Shown here: positions 62,101-64,000 of the stretch, piece after piece
Position numbering within the stretch: the first letter of the stretch is position 1
Layout: every line of letters begins with the position of its first letter
Assembly: GCA_040954595.2 (NCBI GenBank)
Contig: CM082579.2
Coordinates: 1,935,908-1,999,907 of the forward strand
From: Balanoglossus misakiensis
Lineage: Eukaryota > Animalia > Hemichordata
DNA length: 64,000 bases
Direction: 5' to 3'
Notes under the pieces: generated by a model
Databases searched by the model: none
Told to the model about the DNA's origin: nothing
The model's input: only the letters and a program-made list of their open reading frames with translations
Translations under genes and position numbers: made by a program

Positions 62101-64000
62101 CTTCATATCTCCTCTGAAGCAGAAAAAATTGAATATTAATAACCCTTTTCAGTGACATTCACATTTTTTGTCTGATGAATGACAATTTTTTTCATCAACT
62201 GTCATTTATGCCTGGCCAGAGCTGACCTTTAACCCCAGAGTTCTCTCAGTCTGTTACCATAGAGAAGAAGTAACACAAACAGTTAGCTTTAAAAACAACG
62301 CTTGTTCTCTGATCATTCACAGTGATCAGCCTTGTCCAATCCCCAAGTCACGACTCTCGAAACGACCCATCTCAGAACCACCACATATAGTTTCAAGTCT
62401 TTCTATGTCACAGTAACATGTCAAATTTCATCTTCCATCTGTGATTTCTAAGTAATTTGATATACCTGAAGATACATAATGGATGCTCTTCAAAGCTCTC
62501 AGTGTATAGCCGCTGGATAGGATTATGAAATGACATCCGTATTCATGTTTGTACATGTAGATATTAGAAATCATTTTCTCCCATCATACTGGTTTATAGA
62601 TATGTGCCTCTTGCTGACTTCAAAACTCTCTACGATTGTGAGGATTTATGTAAATAAAAATAATGTGCCCTGTGTTGCCTACTATAAGACTGCATCTCTT
62701 TCTGTGTGCGTGGGAAGGAGTACTTTGATGGCGCATTTATTTTTGCATGGATGGGATCAGGATCATTTCCATGAAGTAAATCGCTACTGATGTACTCTCA
62801 ATAATGCAGACAGGGTGCCAGGAATGATATTTAGGAGGGATGTTGATGGAAAATAAGCATCTGATTCCATTAATGTGAATCTCTGGTTGCAGCAGTACAT
62901 GAAAGTGATCAAACACACCCTTTCCAGCTCCAGGGTACCCACACTGAGTTGAACGCACAGATAAGAAGTCTGCATGTACGTATTAAGTGTTTCTACAAAA
63001 GCCAAAAAAATCAATTCCCTCCAGCAGGAACTAACAAAGTTGAACAATGCATTTATTCAGTGGATTCTGGGTGTTCCAAACACACACAAAAATCATGCGA
63101 ATCATGCGAGCGTCATGACCGAACTTTTGAATCCGCAGCCTGTGGCTTTGTTTCTGATTTGACGAAACTGACAAGCGTGCCAGATCTTCTCAGGAAGTCA
63201 GCTGTTCATTCCAGCCACGGGAAAGATTATCATTACGGTGCTAAGTCAGGCAAACTTTGCGCCGAAATTTTAATCCTGCAAAAAAAATCTAATTTGTGAT
63301 GTCACCATTTTCTGAGTAAAGGACCTGTCAGTCAGTCTTTTGGATGTGACCAGTGGGCAGAGAAAATGAGCGATGTAAAATTCATTAGGTAATTAGACCA
63401 TAGTGGAATGAGTGCAGTGTTTCTGATGCATGCACTAAAATTTCGCAGCTGTTGGTCTGTAATTTCTGAACTGAAAATGTTAACACCACAACACTGTCCT
63501 ATTTATTGCCTGACATCTCTGCTTTGGCACCCACCATTACTAATTTTCATTAACTTAATTAGCCTGAAATCCATCACTTCCACTAACATGGATAATTTCT
63601 TCCTTTCTCCGTTTTTCTCTCTTACCTTGTCGAAATACCCGGGGGGAATCGACTAATTCACCTACAGCGAATTTCTTGATGATTTTTTTTTTACTTTTTG
63701 GGGAGAATAACGATGGGGAATTTTTGTTATTAGGACAGTTTTCCGTGATCCGGCTTACGGATGACCTGACAGGCAATGCATGCCTGGCGTACAACAGAGA
63801 AACATCGAGAACGATGGCTCACACAGACTCTGCACAGATCAACACACAGAGAACGCCCGCTCATATGATGATCAGTTCATGATTTCAAACCATCACTCGA
63901 CAGCCTTCCTTTTAACATGGCTTTATATTCATCTTTCGCATTAGAAATTTTTCGCATTCTCACTGCATACAAACACAAGAGACCAAGTACCGTTTGCTCC
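47160..64000 (-). other. Very large neurobeachin intron (>16.8 kb, open at window end)
   Basis: Acceptor ttatctgcag|GTT at 47160. I found no recognisable NBEA exon and no convincing long ORF up to 64000, whereas the other NBEA introns here are about 0.1-1 kb. Confidence 0.75.

Overview
Eukaryotic, intron-rich, AT-rich genomic DNA, most likely from a marine invertebrate deuterostome (hemichordate/echinoderm/amphioxus-like; inference only). I rebuilt exon chains by hand from splice sites and reading phase. Left to right: the last two coding exons of an ELMOD1/2-like gene (+); an SLC35G/EamA transporter (+); a 10-exon DEG/ENaC channel (-); a 13-exon, ~1367-aa bHLH-PAS-PAS factor (-) resembling arthropod Methoprene-tolerant; a complete 108-aa RBX1 (-) that the ORF track misses; a complete 715-aa BBS7 (+) head-to-head with RBX1; and the last 17 coding exons of neurobeachin/LRBA (-), followed by a >16.8-kb intron running off the window. 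Highlights: the Met-like receptor with an E->D change in its DNA-binding helix, a GC-AG intron and a candidate poison exon; an AT-AC U12 intron in BBS7; a DEG/ENaC lacking the HG motif; a 35-bp channel exon copy in the neighbouring 3' region; the neurobeachin intron expected to host mab21; and three MITE-like elements. Homologue comparisons are from memory, not database searches.
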